DNA of 59,767 nt, the filler included, from Sphacelaria rigidula (Eukaryota), in NCBI GenBank assembly GCA_964200075.2. It is 5 parts of 5 records of this genome, joined end to end, with 100 filler letters (N's around TTAATTAATTAA, not from the genome) between each part and the next. Parts side by side here need not be neighbours in the genome. Positions count along the whole stretch, not along the records: positions 1 to 11,875 come from CAXNAA020004390.1; positions 11,976 to 23,849 come from CAXNAA020004391.1; 3 more parts are not named here. One strand, written 5' to 3'. Shown here in pieces: positions 1 through 13,075 of this stretch. The stretch's first letter is position 1; every line of letters starts with the position of its first letter. The translations under genes and the position numbers were made by a program. Below the pieces are notes generated by a model. It saw nothing but the letters and a program-made list of their open reading frames with translations, searched no databases and was not told the DNA's origin.

Positions 1-1442
1 CGGGCAACCTCCGAAATAGTTTTAAGGAGGCCGGGGGGCATGAGGTCGTCCATGTGAAATTCATTGGTCATGACTTTAGGTCAGGGAAAGCCCTATTTTC
101 GAGTTGAAACTCATTAAAATATTGAACCTCAATAACGAATCCAGGCTGTTCATAGCCCCTAGATGAGACATTGAATTCCACTTTGAAGCAGGGAGTTACA
201 CATGGGAACTACCTTGTCTATTGCAAAGCATGAGCTTGTACGGCGTGTCTTGGGTGATCCAATAAATTCACGTGCTTAGTCTGGGAGTGTATTGGAGTCA
301 AGTAATCAGCGGATCAGTACATCAAAGCCAAGCCATAACCCGCGCGATCACTGTTGTACAATGTACAATAATCAGAAGGAGGCCAAGCTCATCACCCACG
401 GTCCTGTACTGATCATTTCGGCTGAGAGTTTTTTTGCCTAATATTTGCGAGAGCGAACATGAGACGAGGTCAATAGAAATCCACGAATCGACGGTCGCGG
501 CAAGTGGCTGGAAGTGGCTAGGACCCATGAAAAGCTATGAACTACGGGCACAATTTTGTTCACTGCACTCAGGCTTGATAACCGGTACCGAAGGCCATAT
601 GCACCCGTTTGGCGGTACCTGTGGTCGGTAGGTGCGAGACACACTCACTTCCTTGAACAGCTTTGAAGCCTTCGTTGCGTGTGCTTTATGGGCGTAGGTA
701 GCACGATCATAACCGATTCTTCAAGATGGAATAAGTAAGCCCATGCCCCCCTACACTGTGGACATAGCGCAGTAGTACTGTATGTGCACCGCAGCAAACC
801 GAGCGGGTTAGGATACTAACAGGAAATCAAGATGTTGCTCAAGACATCTTGTAATCGACGACTGTCCTGGGTATATGGTTGATGTCTCACACGGTCTTGC
901 ATGAAAAAGCTTCCTCAGAGCAACTTGATGCTTGGCTATCTCTCATAAATTGGTTCGTCCCTTCGTGGAGGGCGCCGGCTTTTGATCTCTGCCAGTCGCT
1001 GTGCATTCTTCTGGAATGTGACTTGATGTGGTTCGATGCGCATTTTTCAGCTGGACGGCAACGTCAACAAATTTTGGCATTTGTTGATCACCACTGCATT
1101 GCACTGCGCTGCTGTTGTCCGCACTTAAATACGAATTTCGTTTCTCCCACAGGGATGCGAGGGCATTTTGTGGCATCTCAGGCCAGAAGATATTCAGGTG
1201 GCCACCGCGCACGGTTTCTGACGTGATGATAGCACCCGATGGTCAGGCCCATGTACCGTATATTTTCCTCTTCGAGGATGCCCGGTGCCGTGCTGTCAAG
1301 CAGCAACATTGACAGACCGTCTTGCTCAGGTTTTCTGGTGTCCAGGTGCACAGCTTTGGTGGTGAGCAGAGGTTGCTTGGGCATTCATCGTATCTACTGG
1401 CGTGCAGTCGCCATCGCCTGGCTTCTGATTCGATAGCAACAC

Positions 1443-1529
1443 TTCGGGGCCGACTTTGCCTCCTCCAATGTACCGTATACACGTTTGGGGCCGACTTCGT
1501 TTTTCCCGATGTACCGTATACATGTTTCA
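1443..1529. repeat. Tandem duplication, ~44-bp unit, 2 diverged copies
   Basis: ggggccgactttgcctcctccaatgtaccgtatacacgttt is followed by ggggccgacttcgtttttcccgatgtaccgtatacatgttt. Confidence 0.7.
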
Positions 1530-3387
1530 CTTTGGTGATATTGTGAACTAGGTTACTAATTATCTGGAGAAGTGGCTAATTAGTGCGTTGGCTTGCCGTT
1601 CCCATGTATTGAGGCTTGAGTAGACACCCATTGTATGACTGACGAGGGGACCATCGATCGAGGTTGTTCGCTGGTGCAGCTGTGTACTACGACATAGCTG
1701 CCGTCGAGTGATGTGCAGAGATTGGTACCGGATGCTGTGTTTCAGCCGCGCTCCTGGTCAATAGAAGTAATCATGGGGTTGATTGCTTGACGACTGGCCC
1801 ACAAATTAGCGAGATGACTTCGGCGAAACCCCTCCACGATTGTTGAAAATTCTCTGGGTTGATGCAGCCTGAGGAGGTATGGCATTGCAGCAGCCCGTAG
1901 ACCAATGATACACATTGAGGCCGGGAGTGTCGCGTAGTATATCAGAAGATGGACAGTATACCGCACACCGGCGATCGCTTTGCTTCAGTGGGGTAAGCAG
2001 CAACCTCAGGCACTCTCCCCTTGGAATGCGCAGAAAGCAGTGCTCGCCTAGTGACTACCAGTGTTGCTGCTTGTTCTTTACATCAAGCGGCGAACGCAAA
2101 TTTCGTATCACTGCGTCGGATACAGTTGTACATACGCAGGCGGAAGGTGAACGAAGCGATCCCGGTGTGAAGTAAAGTGAACTAGTTAGGAAGACGATAA
2201 TCTAGAAAAATAGTTTGGGCTAACGGCACCAACTGTATATGAATGTCGTTGAGTGAGGGTATTCACCTGTGATCAAGGGGGGCGGGACCTGCAGCATGAT
2301 AACATTAAGCTCTTCCGTGTCGTCGGTTGGGTTATCATGACTGACCTGGGAATGTACATTATTGTGTAAATACATGGTGGGCTTGTGATTAGCGCATCGA
2401 AAGGGCTTGAGACGGGGAAGGAGGGCGAGGCCAGCAAGGTGTAGGTAGACCAGGTCTTTGCTTGAGTGCAAAATCAATATGTTGTCGCGCGAACAGTCCG
2501 CGGAGGGGAGTCTACATGGCCCAGATTCTACTGTACAAATTCCTCGTTTACCCAAGGTACTGGTGATGAGTTGTAATAATGAGCAATTAATTGATGTCCT
2601 CCAGTGAATTGCTAATGAAGGCTCAGAAATATAGTGAGTATAGTTTTCCCTAGTAAACCGCCACCGAGTACCTTGGGGCTCCGACCGCTAACCCCCCAGT
2701 ACCACTGGTGCGACCATCACCACACTCCGATCAGCTTGTTGAGAATCGCGAAAGTATAACTCTCTGTGATGACAGAGCTAAAAGAGTGCCACCAGTACCT
2801 CCTCGCCCACATTCTGCATAACCCCGACGGAAATCACTTACCCTGCTCCTGAGTAACTCAAGTAGTCAACATTAAACTTATGACGCCCATTGCCCCCGGC
2901 TGATCGAAGCACAGCACAAGTCGTCGCTGATTATTTTATTACGATGCCTCTGGCGCGGGCTGTATCATTTCGAATCGAATGATGTATGATTGCCTGTCTG
3001 GTGTAGCCTAAATATGTTACCCACCCACGCATGACAGCTGTAATTTCGAAAGTGTTTTCGATATGCGCACGACCGCCCGCCCTCTAATACTGGACGGATT
3101 CCAGTTACATGAAAGGTTGCTTTCTGTAGATCAGCAAGCGCGAGCGGCCAATATGATATGGTTGTGTGCTGCGGATGGCCGTGCTTGCTTGGAATCTGTC
3201 GAGTAGGTGTCACGGTTTTGAACGCGATCCTCGTGCCAATTGCTCAGGCCATTTGGGATGGCGTCCGGTGCATTTCGTCCCGATCTGGAAACATGTGCCT
3301 TCTTGGTGTCATCAGGGCTTATCACGAGACACAAGCTTCCGTCAGATTGAAATAGAATCACCATATCGTTGACGGGAAGTCCCGTGA

Positions 3388-3620
3388 GGTATGGCGGGAG
3401 ATGTCGTGAAAAACATCAGGAATTCTCCCGCTGCGTTGGGACGGGACGGGAAACTACTGCTCCCATCGTCAAATGAGAACGAGACAGCACGGTAAAAAAA
3501 TTCCGTCGTGTCGGGAAGGGACGACACCTTTTTTCTGTCGCCAAAAACAACGAGACGGGACGAGAATCCCCTTCCTGTCCCGTCCCGCTGGAGTACCTGT
3601 GAGACTTTTTCCCGTACCGC
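3388..3620. mobile_element. Probable MITE with inverted GGGACGGGACGGG motifs
   Basis: gggacgggacggga (~3438-3451) is inverted relative to tcctgtcccgtccc (~3573-3586); non-coding; outer termini are poorly defined. Confidence 0.35.
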
Positions 3621-6619
3621 TGGAATATGACTCAACACTGGGTGCTGTGGGCAAAAAACAAGAGCATGCACGACTGCGAACTGTTTTTGAAAAGCTTTAT
3701 TAACCAGGCGAAGACAAGGTCGCCCTCCCACACAAAACTAAACGCTTGGCTGTTCTGCCGTATCCAGCCTACTATCAAAGGGCCCATCTATGTACAGTCA
3801 GCCCCAACCACACCAAGAATACTGTTTCGCCGACACGCACTTTTTTTTGAGCGGCTGTGGATACTCGCTCGGTACGTGAACAAGTGTTTTTTTACTAATC
3901 TCTCTCCTTAAGATGAACACGCGGTACCACTCGTCCGTCAATTAAATTTTTTCCATCCACCACCTTAGTTAATGGCCAGTAATCACACATTCCACTCATA
4001 CTTCGGAAGACGTGAGGCAATAAGAGAGACGGGCACGGCTGGGTAAGCCGCGCACTTTCGGGAAACCTCCAGGTCCAGCTTGGCTAACAACGTAACCAGC
4101 CCTAAACTACGCCGATCTCGTGGGCCAACTCGGCGGGAAAGCCGCAGATGAGTGCGAAACCGGCGGCTGCATCTGCAATCGTCTACTTTCCCCCGGCCTC
4201 TAACTGAACCTCGGTGAGTACCTGGAAACAGCAAGAAATTGTAGATACATATGCCGAGCGATGAACACGGAACAAACCACCTGCTGAGACTCCACTATGA
4301 ATAGTTTACGTTGCAAAACTGTTTGGTGCAGGCAATCGACACTTTCTTTCTCCAGGGCACGGAATAAACCTCGTTGAACAAACACACAACCACCACTCAC
4401 TAATACAGAGGCTCAAGCTCACAAAATCTCACACCCCAACAATGCCACCTCGATATACACGCAGCCTATATATCCCCTAGAGCTGATAACGACACGGGTA
4501 GGAGGTGATGACTTCATGATGAAGGTGGCGCAAAAGAATGATTCTCAGACCCAAGCCCGACTTTGGTCATTGGTGTTGTTCCATTCGGCGGGTCATCAAA
4601 CATGTGCTTGCACGTTGCCATTGTGCTTGAGGGATCTTCCGGGTTTTTCGCTCGCCCTTAGAGACTTTATTTCTCATCATATCTAGGTATCCACCGAGTT
4701 TTCAGACATGTGCAGGGGAAACGACGGCAATTCTGAGGTGCAGTCACTGGTTTTGAAGCCATCTTCAAGTACCCTGCCGGGTGGGCCCATGAGATGGCCG
4801 CATTTGAAGTCAATCATTTCTACCCAGGCTCACACCTGAAACTACCGAAAGAGTGCGCAGGAGCAGCTGAATGCGACCGTCCCCGCCACCGTGGCATCCA
4901 AGGATCTCCTCACTTTACAGGTGCGTCTTCTTCTCTCAAGTGGGTGTTTGCACGCAAGAGGGGCTGGACACTTCTGTCCCCAAACCTAATCTACCTCAAA
5001 TATATAAGGCGACACCCTATAATAGTCCCCACATAGTGCACATGTAAAAAAGAGTCGCAGCAGACCGATTGCAGCGATCGTGCATTGTGTGCCGTGAGTC
5101 GAACGGACGTGTGCTTCTTTGCGCTGCATGCCTGAATAGAGCACTAGACCCCGCTCTCTTTTTCACCAGCGGGCGCCTCCTCCAAAGACGTAAAAGCAAC
5201 CGGTCTCGGACTATACACCCCCGCACGCTTCGACATTTCGTGCTGGATGTATACACGCGAAACCAACAAGGGTGTGATACCCTCGCTCTAGAGTACCATG
5301 GTGTTCAACTAGAATCAGTTCAGTGGGTTGCATAACCGTGAACGCCAAAGCAATCGCTGATCGTCATGGGAAAACGCACATGCACTCATCCTCCACTTAT
5401 ACTACCAGGCATCACGCTTGCGTCAATACATGCTGACCTGTGGTATGGTCATGACACAACAGGCAACAGGGCTGAAACCACTAAACTACCCCGAATGTAC
5501 AAATGCCACCACGTCCCAGCCAGGTTCCTCAAATTACGCTACTTACAGTTAAATTAAGCACACGAATGACGTGACAGGCCAATGCGGGACGCAAGGAACT
5601 CGGCTGCTTACCCTGTAATCACTCGCCGCTGTACTCGTCATGGGAGCAGAAATCGAAAGGTACGCGGCACGATCGTTGCTTGCACGGTATAGACAGCACA
5701 CATCAAAGACCCGAAATGACGCTCTGCTACGAGAGTATACAACAAATCGCGACACACCCAGTAGCACTCCTCGCCCCCTGTGACTGCGGTCGCACCTGTG
5801 TTTGTTCAGTTAACCCGTGTCGACTCCTTTCGCAAGGTGAGAATATTCAAAACAGCACATGCGATACTCCATGTTCTCTCACACGATACGACAGGCCAAG
5901 TAGCCACGATGACAACAGGCGATGCTTAGCAGCCAGGGATCACTTACATCATATCCACTACCAAGATTGGACGGTCGACTGTGTTGCTCGTATCTGAACA
6001 ATCCGATACGTTGCGACTACGACGTGTCGTCTGCGGAGTGTCCGCGGAGCTAATAGTAGGCTCAGCTCACCACGAGCTCAGCTCCACAACTTCCTCACCG
6101 CTGACGTTTGAAACATCGTACCCTCTGGCCTGGTCGGGAAATTTCAAGTCGGCAGCGCAACAAGATATATGAAAAGTTAGCCTTTGGCATTTCGGACTCA
6201 TACACGTTTCCTTCTGAGACGGAAGTCGTTATAAATGCAGCATCAACGTTGAGTGTCAGAGCTCCATCGTCGCAGGGCTTCTCTGTATAGACATGGATTC
6301 AGGGACTGATAGCCTCAACAAAAAAATATTGAGTGCGTTCTTTCTCACACTAAGACCTCGTACGCAGTAGATTCGGAGGCGAGAACCGGAATTTTCGCTG
6401 CAACCTATTTACCGTCGGTTGTGAACATGTCTGTTTTGTCGGTGTAACGGACTGAACCATCTCCTGCGGCTAGCGCAATTACTCTGGTTTTCAACATCAC
6501 ATTTCGGTACAGAAAGCGCGGGCTACATCGAAGAGCGATCCAGCACATCAATACATGAAGTCGAAGGTCCTCAACGGTGTGACACCTTGTCAGAGGTGTT
6601 GGACGCAGGTAGGGCTCAC

Positions 6620-6787
6620 CTGTTTTGATATCACGCTCTCGGGAGCCTTTGGTCTTGCTGTGGTGGCTGTAGTCCCCACTAGTCCACTACCCCCAACTCC
6701 ACCACCACTACCAGCCCGAAAACGAGGCGCTGTCGCTGAAGTTGCACCCGCAGATACATCTCCCGTGGTATTATTTCTAGCGAAACC
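6620..6787 (-). CDS. Candidate internal exon, G/S/T/A-rich peptide of unknown function
   Basis: On the minus strand, cag|GGTTTC...AAACAG|gtgagc; 168 nt open in phase 0 (GFARNNTTGDVSAGATSATAPRFRAGSGGGVGGSGLVGTTATTARPKAPESVISKQ). No homology recognised and no partner exons confirmed. Confidence 0.35.
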
Positions 6788-8774
6788 CTGATGTTACATG
6801 TTGTGGTGGTAAGTCACGGGGAGGAAGTGGGGCGGACGCGGGGACGCAGACCTCTAAGTATACTAAGAATCAAAATACCAGCATAAGATACACGATATTA
6901 TGATATCGTGACAGACCACCCGCAGCATACAATCACGGCGTAGCACGCAAAAAAGCATGACAAAAAAATGGCCAAAAGGCAATGTACATTTGGGGGTGAT
7001 AACCAACGAAAGACGCTATTAGCATATCTTGCTCTTCAGACTCAGCGAAATCATCGTACCGCATGTGACATGGTAAATCTACCGCAAGAATGCGGATCAT
7101 TGCACAGAGGGGTACGAACGAATTTCCCCGCTTGATATCTTGATAACGGGGGTGTGCCAGTGTCGGAGAGGGTACCACCGGGAAAATCTCGCCGAGGCCT
7201 TTCCAAAATTTGACCGATCAACTTCCGTACCCTCCTGGGTTGTTAACATATCAAGCGAGGAAAACCACTCTCACCCGTGCGCGATGACCCACACTCTTAC
7301 AGGTATGCTGGATCTTGGCTTTACCTCGCTGGCAAGGTGAAAACCACCATGGTGCGGCCGTCAGGCAATGTTCATCATTTTCAGGGCCTGCTTATACCCC
7401 TAATGTTCCGCTTTTCAGTCGATGTTTTTGATGGCGATATGAGCCGTGCTACGATAGGGGGGAGGGTGTTTGATTCCACGAAAAAGTGTGCTCATAGATG
7501 CGTCAAACGACCTAAAACACTCGCGGTGTACTTGTATTTCTGTAAAAGCAGTGTAAAGCAGTATGGATGAGCGATATGTATCGGGAGCAAGCGCGTCCGA
7601 ACAACTGTTGGCTGCTTTCAACGGCGATTGAAGTGGAATTTCGTGGAAGAAAACGGCCCAAAATATCCCCTCCCCCTACCGTAACATGACTCATATCCCA
7701 ATTTCAGTATAGCGGGGTGCGTGACGTTTCTCCAAGGAGTCGTAGTCTCATCTCCCCCCAGACCACAGATGTTTAATATCTACCCCCCAGTGTCAGGTGA
7801 GCGCGCGCAGGTATACCCTCTCTGGCGATCATTAGCTGTTTTCCTTCGTGCGTTGTGTCCGGTGTTGCGCGTATGATACCCCCCTCTAGTGCATAATGTC
7901 ACGAACGCCAAGGCAAAGCGTTACGTAAGGGTCGGAGTGTGCTGGACGAGGTCACCGATGCCTCCTAAATGACAGACGCCGAAATGTGTGCGCGAATACC
8001 TCGTACAGGACCAAGGCAGAGGCCTGCAAAAAGACAGGGTTTGACAAACCGGGAGCCACGCGGCCGACACGACAAAAGGAATGTATGGCTGTTGACAAGG
8101 GGACGTGTTGTGCGGACAACCTCCCAGTTGCCGCCTTCCCCGCGATTGAGGAAGGAGCCCATCAGTTATTGCCCTCTTCCGCAGACGTTCTCATTCCTCT
8201 TTTTTGGTATCTCGTCCGCATCCCAGTTCACCGGCAGGGCCAGCAGAAGATACCAACGCCACTCATCGGTTAATTCTCCACCTGGAGATGAGTTTGACGG
8301 CACTGTAAGGGGGGCTAGAGGGTGATGATGATGGGTGCCTTTGGCCTGAGCCTTGCGTTCGGAACTGTGAACAACACGCCTGGCAGGCAGCCAAACAGCA
8401 CGTTTTATAAAATGCCGTTGAAGGGCAGGAGGGACGCAAATTCTTGGCCGTACCTCCCTCACGCTATCAACAAGAGGGTGAGTATGTTTGTTGGAGCCAC
8501 CATTTCTCAAATGCAAGTAGTGCATCCGAGAATATCGACAACACCAACGTTGTCAGGCAAACAATTTCACCGTAATACTCCACAGCCGCGTTCCCGCACT
8601 CCCGCAGGTAGTTCAAAGGGCGGTGTTACAAAACATATTTTTCCCTGCAACAGAAAAATTAAGTTTTCTAGGAATTTAGCTAATATATCGAAAAGAAACA
8701 CGGAAAAATATAAAGTCAACCGAATACAAGGGCGTGCTACGCTGGATCATATGAGCTCTACTTGCTTTCACGTG

Positions 8775-8832
8775 CACACACGCACACACGCACACACGCG
8801 CGCACACACACACACGCGCGCACACACACACA
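8775..8832. repeat. (CA)n/(CG)n microsatellite
   Basis: cacacacgcacacacgcacacacgcgcgcacacacacacacgcgcgcacacacacaca. Confidence 0.9.
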
Positions 8833-8916
8833 TGCAAATCTCGTCTGTTGGGTGATACCACCTCGCGCATGTGCTTTCGACGGCAAAACCCGCTTTGAGG
8901 TAGGAACCCGCGTTAA

Positions 8917-9150
8917 CCCTCTTGGAACTCGCGAAAAACCGTACAAACAACTGCCATATGGTGCTTTCGTCACCAGGAAAAAGTCACTTCGAGTTCGGTG
9001 TACGAATCTGTCACATTGGTATACTTAAACGTAGAGTGGTGCACCGTTTGGTGGGCTTTATCATCAACACTCACAGAAAAACAACCATGTCTTGCCCAAG
9101 AAAACGTCAATTGTAAAATTATCATTTTTCCATCAACGGTTCCAAAAGGG
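8917..9150. mobile_element. piggyBac-type MITE
   Basis: TTAA|CCCTCTTGGAAC ... GTTCCAAAAGGG|TTCA: CCC..GGG terminal inverted repeats flanked by TTAA and a one-mismatch TTAA, the piggyBac signature. Confidence 0.6.
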
Positions 9151-10836
9151 TTCAGGTAGAAACCCGCCTTTTCGCGAAATTGGGCCCCACCTCGTGGCAG
9201 TCATACATAAATGGAGTCTTGACATTTTTTACCGATAGTGCTAAACTAGTCACATCAGGAAAGGGCCGAGCGATCAAGAGCGCAGCAGCCGAAAACGGGC
9301 ATTTATTTTTCGTTCGTGCACGAAAAGCGTGCCGGGGGGATAACGTGCCCCATACAGTAATTAAGTAAATCCAGAGTGTGAGGGGCAAACAAGACACGAT
9401 TGTTGAGTTCAAGCGATGTGGAACCTTCTGGGGCCAAAATTACTCTAGTTTACTTTGAGAATGTCTTCGTTTTCTTGTGCGGTACTTCACCATTTGGGCT
9501 TGGAGTGCGGGAATCGTACCCAAGCACCCCGTGTTCATCACCCCCTTGACACAACAGCCAACCGTTCATTTTACCAACACCAACAAGCAGCTGAGAGGCT
9601 AGGTATACCGAGAGTGACGACTGCAATACGCAGCAATGGCTGAGACTGCCACTCCCACTTACCCCCTCCAGCCACGCCTGGCAGCAGCGTGATCGGGGTT
9701 GCACGCCCCCAGCAACGATTACCCACAAACCGGTGCGCACATAGGCGGGCACATATCTCCGCATATATGTTACTGGTGTATTGTACTATTGTACTTCACT
9801 GTATCTATTTATGCTGGTTATTGGCGATCAGCCTCGAAACACGTCGTTGGTGCCTTGCCTTCGGGCTCGGAGTCACATCTGTCGGTGACAGGGCTAGATA
9901 CAGATGGGCCCATTATCACTTAGTGCTAGACTCTACTGTACGGTACGGGATTGTGTTGTACTTTGCTACTCTACAACCACCATACTACGCTGCTGTAGTA
10001 CAGACTGAGACCGTACGAGTACTGTGTACATGGGCTGTGCTCTTTCGAGACTCATGGGCATGCGTGGTTGATTTTGATTTCGTGCGTCATTCCCTGCACT
10101 AGCGGCCAGCCAGCAGAACGCCAGTGCTTCGCTGGCGATAACCTTTTATACCCCCTCCCCCTCCCCCCTAGAAAATAAGACAAGGCGGAGTCAACGAAGT
10201 CGATCAAGCACATATTATCAAACAACGACTACATAAGTGTAGACAGTTCCTTAAGGTTCGTCATCGGAGATCTTTGACTCAATTCCACAGATTACAGCGC
10301 AAAAATTGGCGATGGTTGTCTCTTGGAAAGGACCAACAATAGATGTCGAATATTTGCACAACTTCGAGAGTCATTTTCCATCCTGACCGCCCTGGACGCG
10401 ATCGCAGATAACTTACGCTGTACGAAACACAACGTAACGCCTTTGCACCTGGGAGTAGCACTTGTCATCAGCCATCGTTGGAGGTTAACACTGTGCTTGC
10501 AACCCCAGTAAATATTGCAGTGTTTCCAGGTCGTTTTGTCGACTTCACCTCTGATTGTAAAATTCACGGCAAGCATATACCAAAGCAGCACTGAATAGAA
10601 TCGGCAGCTATGTGTCTGAGCTGCACACGACGCATGTCGAGTTGTCTCCGATAGCCTCTCACCAGGAGTGATATCGCCAACAACGTGAACGGTGTTTTGA
10701 ACACAGAAGATGCGGCTGCAACGGCCACTAAAAGCAACATAATAAATAAGCACGGCGATTTCACCGCACATGCCTCTTGCTGGGGAATCCAAGCTCTCTG
10801 GGCTCCGTACTACATCTATGGTACTTTAGATCATAC

Positions 10837-11589
10837 TGATGCCACGATACGAGGGGGGGGGGGGGTGGGGGGGGCGTACTCACTTGTTGCTTGCCTTAGT
10901 CATTTGACCATTGACCACGCATCCCTTTCGAGACGGAGCATGCCACGATACGAGGGGGGAGGGATATTTTGAGTCATTTCTTCCACGAAATACTACCTCA
11001 AATCGTTGTTGAATGTACCTGTAGCAACATTAATTCGAACGCGCTTGGTTAGCACTGGACACTGTTTGCACCCATATATAAAAGCACCGCGAGTAGTCAA
11101 GTCGCCGGACACACTCGTGAGCCCCTTTTTTTTGCGGAACCAATCTCCCTCCCCCCCCTTACGTATGCTCCGTCTCGAAAGGGGCGCGTGGTCAATGGTC
11201 AAACGACTAAGGCAAGCAACAAATGAGTACGCCCCCCCCTACGTAGTATTTAAATGGCGTCACACCCATGAGGCAGCGTGTAACCCGTGGCTGTCTCCGC
11301 ACGTGGGGATACCAGATGATGAAGCAACTCATTTGAGGGCTCCCATCCAAATGCAAGATATCAGTACGCTTCGGGCCCAACAATCGCTTCAGGATGCAAC
11401 TCAGCCTTCATGAGACTCGCCCAACACATCACGGCGCTTCGCACTCGATGATTGAGATGATTGATTGAAGCCTGATCCGGCGAAAACCCGGCGTGCTCCG
11501 TCCCGGCATTGTAGGGATGCGAGGTCAATGGTCATATGACCACTGCATGCAAGATCATGAGTACCCCCCCCCCCCCCTTCGTAGCATCA
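10837..11589. mobile_element. Composite non-autonomous TIR element built from poly-C-tailed repeat modules
   Basis: Termini tgatgccacga / tcgtagcatca; internal inverted arms ~10868-10941 vs ~11165-11239. Its modules recur at 23706-23780, 23972-24019 (rc), 27490-27565, 55095-55177 and 55996-56110. Confidence 0.55.
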
Positions 11590-11875
11590 CTCATCAGTAT
11601 TATGACATCCGTGTAATTGTTCGATGTTGATATTTTGTCCACTAGCCCTCTCTTCGTGTTTCAAAAAAAGTCAGTACAATACTGTACAGCGAGTGTTGGA
11701 TACGGATCGCACTGGATCGAGTACGCTTTCACGTCCCGGAGTCGGTAAGGTCAAGGTCGTCGAATTTATTTTAGGTTGGTCCATTCACGGCATGGATGAA
11801 ATCCTGTAAAACGTTCCAAGGGTCGGACAAATAATGATTCGTCTGAAAATTACTTGATTTTAGTATGATGAGTCG

Positions 11876-11975
11876 NNNNNNNNNNNNNNNNNNNNNNNNN
11901 NNNNNNNNNNNNNNNNNNNTTAATTAATTAANNNNNNNNNNNNNNNNNNNNNNNNNNNNNNNNNNNNNNNNNNNN
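11876..11975. other. Artificial contig linker N44-TTAATTAATTAA-N44
   Basis: 100-nt spacer with stop codons in all six frames, identical at four places in the window. Confidence 0.97.
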
Positions 11976-12069
11976 TGGATGGATGTCTGACTCTCTTATG
12001 AGCTTTTTTTTTTTTGCAACCAAATACCCCCCCCCCCCTATCGTAGGATGACTCTATCCAACTCATTGG

Positions 12070-13075
12070 TGTCCGGCGATCGACGTGCCTGACCGCAGGT
12101 TCCCAGCTAGCCCCAAGACATGTACACGTCGCCATACTCTCTGTAATATTTCGGCGGCTGGTCGCTAAATATGGGAAGTTTTGTTCTGTTATTCCGACCA
12201 CCATTATTCCAACCCATGAAGGGCTTCGCACACAATCGCGCGGCCGTTCCACAGCTCCGAAGTGGACGGGCAAATAAATCACGGCGAAGGAAAACACACA
12301 GTAAGTCGAAAACACTCCGCACCGCCATCCTACCAGGAACATCAACAATGCGACTAGAACATATCACTGCCCATTAATCAAACACGCACACAAGGACCTT
12401 TTAGTCCCGATGGCACTGCATGCCCAACCTCCGCTCTTTTTCCCAGCAGACGATGGCCCGTACATGGGAATCTCTCTTGCCTGCTCGGGTTCTGCTGTCT
12501 TTCGGTTGGGCCTGGAATTGTCTACCGTCCGTTACTGTACGTATTGGCTTACACCCGCCAAGAAGTGACCCATAAGAGGGGGCCATGGCCACACGGTCGG
12601 CAGTTCTCTCAAGCTGGGGGATTGGTGTCGCTTCCTGCGTGTGCACTGTGTTTTGGTACGTGTCTTCACCTCGTCTGGCTACGCACTTGCGCGCTTTGAC
12701 GTCAGCCGTAATTTAAAATATATATGTGCATTATTTTGGGCGTGAACACAAGCCAGCTGCCGCTTCCATCCTTTTTCCGTCGGTTGACTCGACGCCGTTG
12801 GTTAACTGAGGATAGTCAGTGAGTGATATGTGCGTTGTGTCTTCGACTAACCGTGTGTTTTGCTCCGCCGTGTTTTATTTGCCCGTCCACTTCGAAGCCG
12901 TGGAACAGCCGCGTGATTGTGGATGAAGCCCTTCATGGGTTGGGATGATGGTGGTCGGAATGACAAAACAAAACTCCCAATATTTCGCGACCAGCCGCCA
13001 AAAGATAACGGAGAGTATGGTGACGTGTACGTGTCTTGGGGCTGGTCGGGAACCTGCGGTCCGGCTCGTCGATCG
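12070..13075. repeat. Inverted repeat, ~245-bp arms (12070-12316 and 12836-13075) around a ~520-bp spacer
   Basis: e.g. ccaacccatgaagggcttcgcacacaatcgcgcggccgttccacagctccgaagtggacgggcaaataaa versus the reverse complement of tttatttgcccgtccacttcgaagccgtggaacagccgcgtgattgtggatgaagcccttcatgggttgg. Mirror-image ORFs appear in the track. Confidence 0.85.

Noticed and set aside
3295..3320. Hammerhead ribozyme core on the minus strand (CCTGATGACACCAAGAAGG)
   Set aside because: The GAAA catalytic strand and a closing stem II are missing; at best a truncated relic.
7965..8855. Overlapping 100-177 aa ORFs as genes
   Set aside because: No recognisable domain; candidate splice sites give stops in all frames; part of the length is (CA)n repeat.
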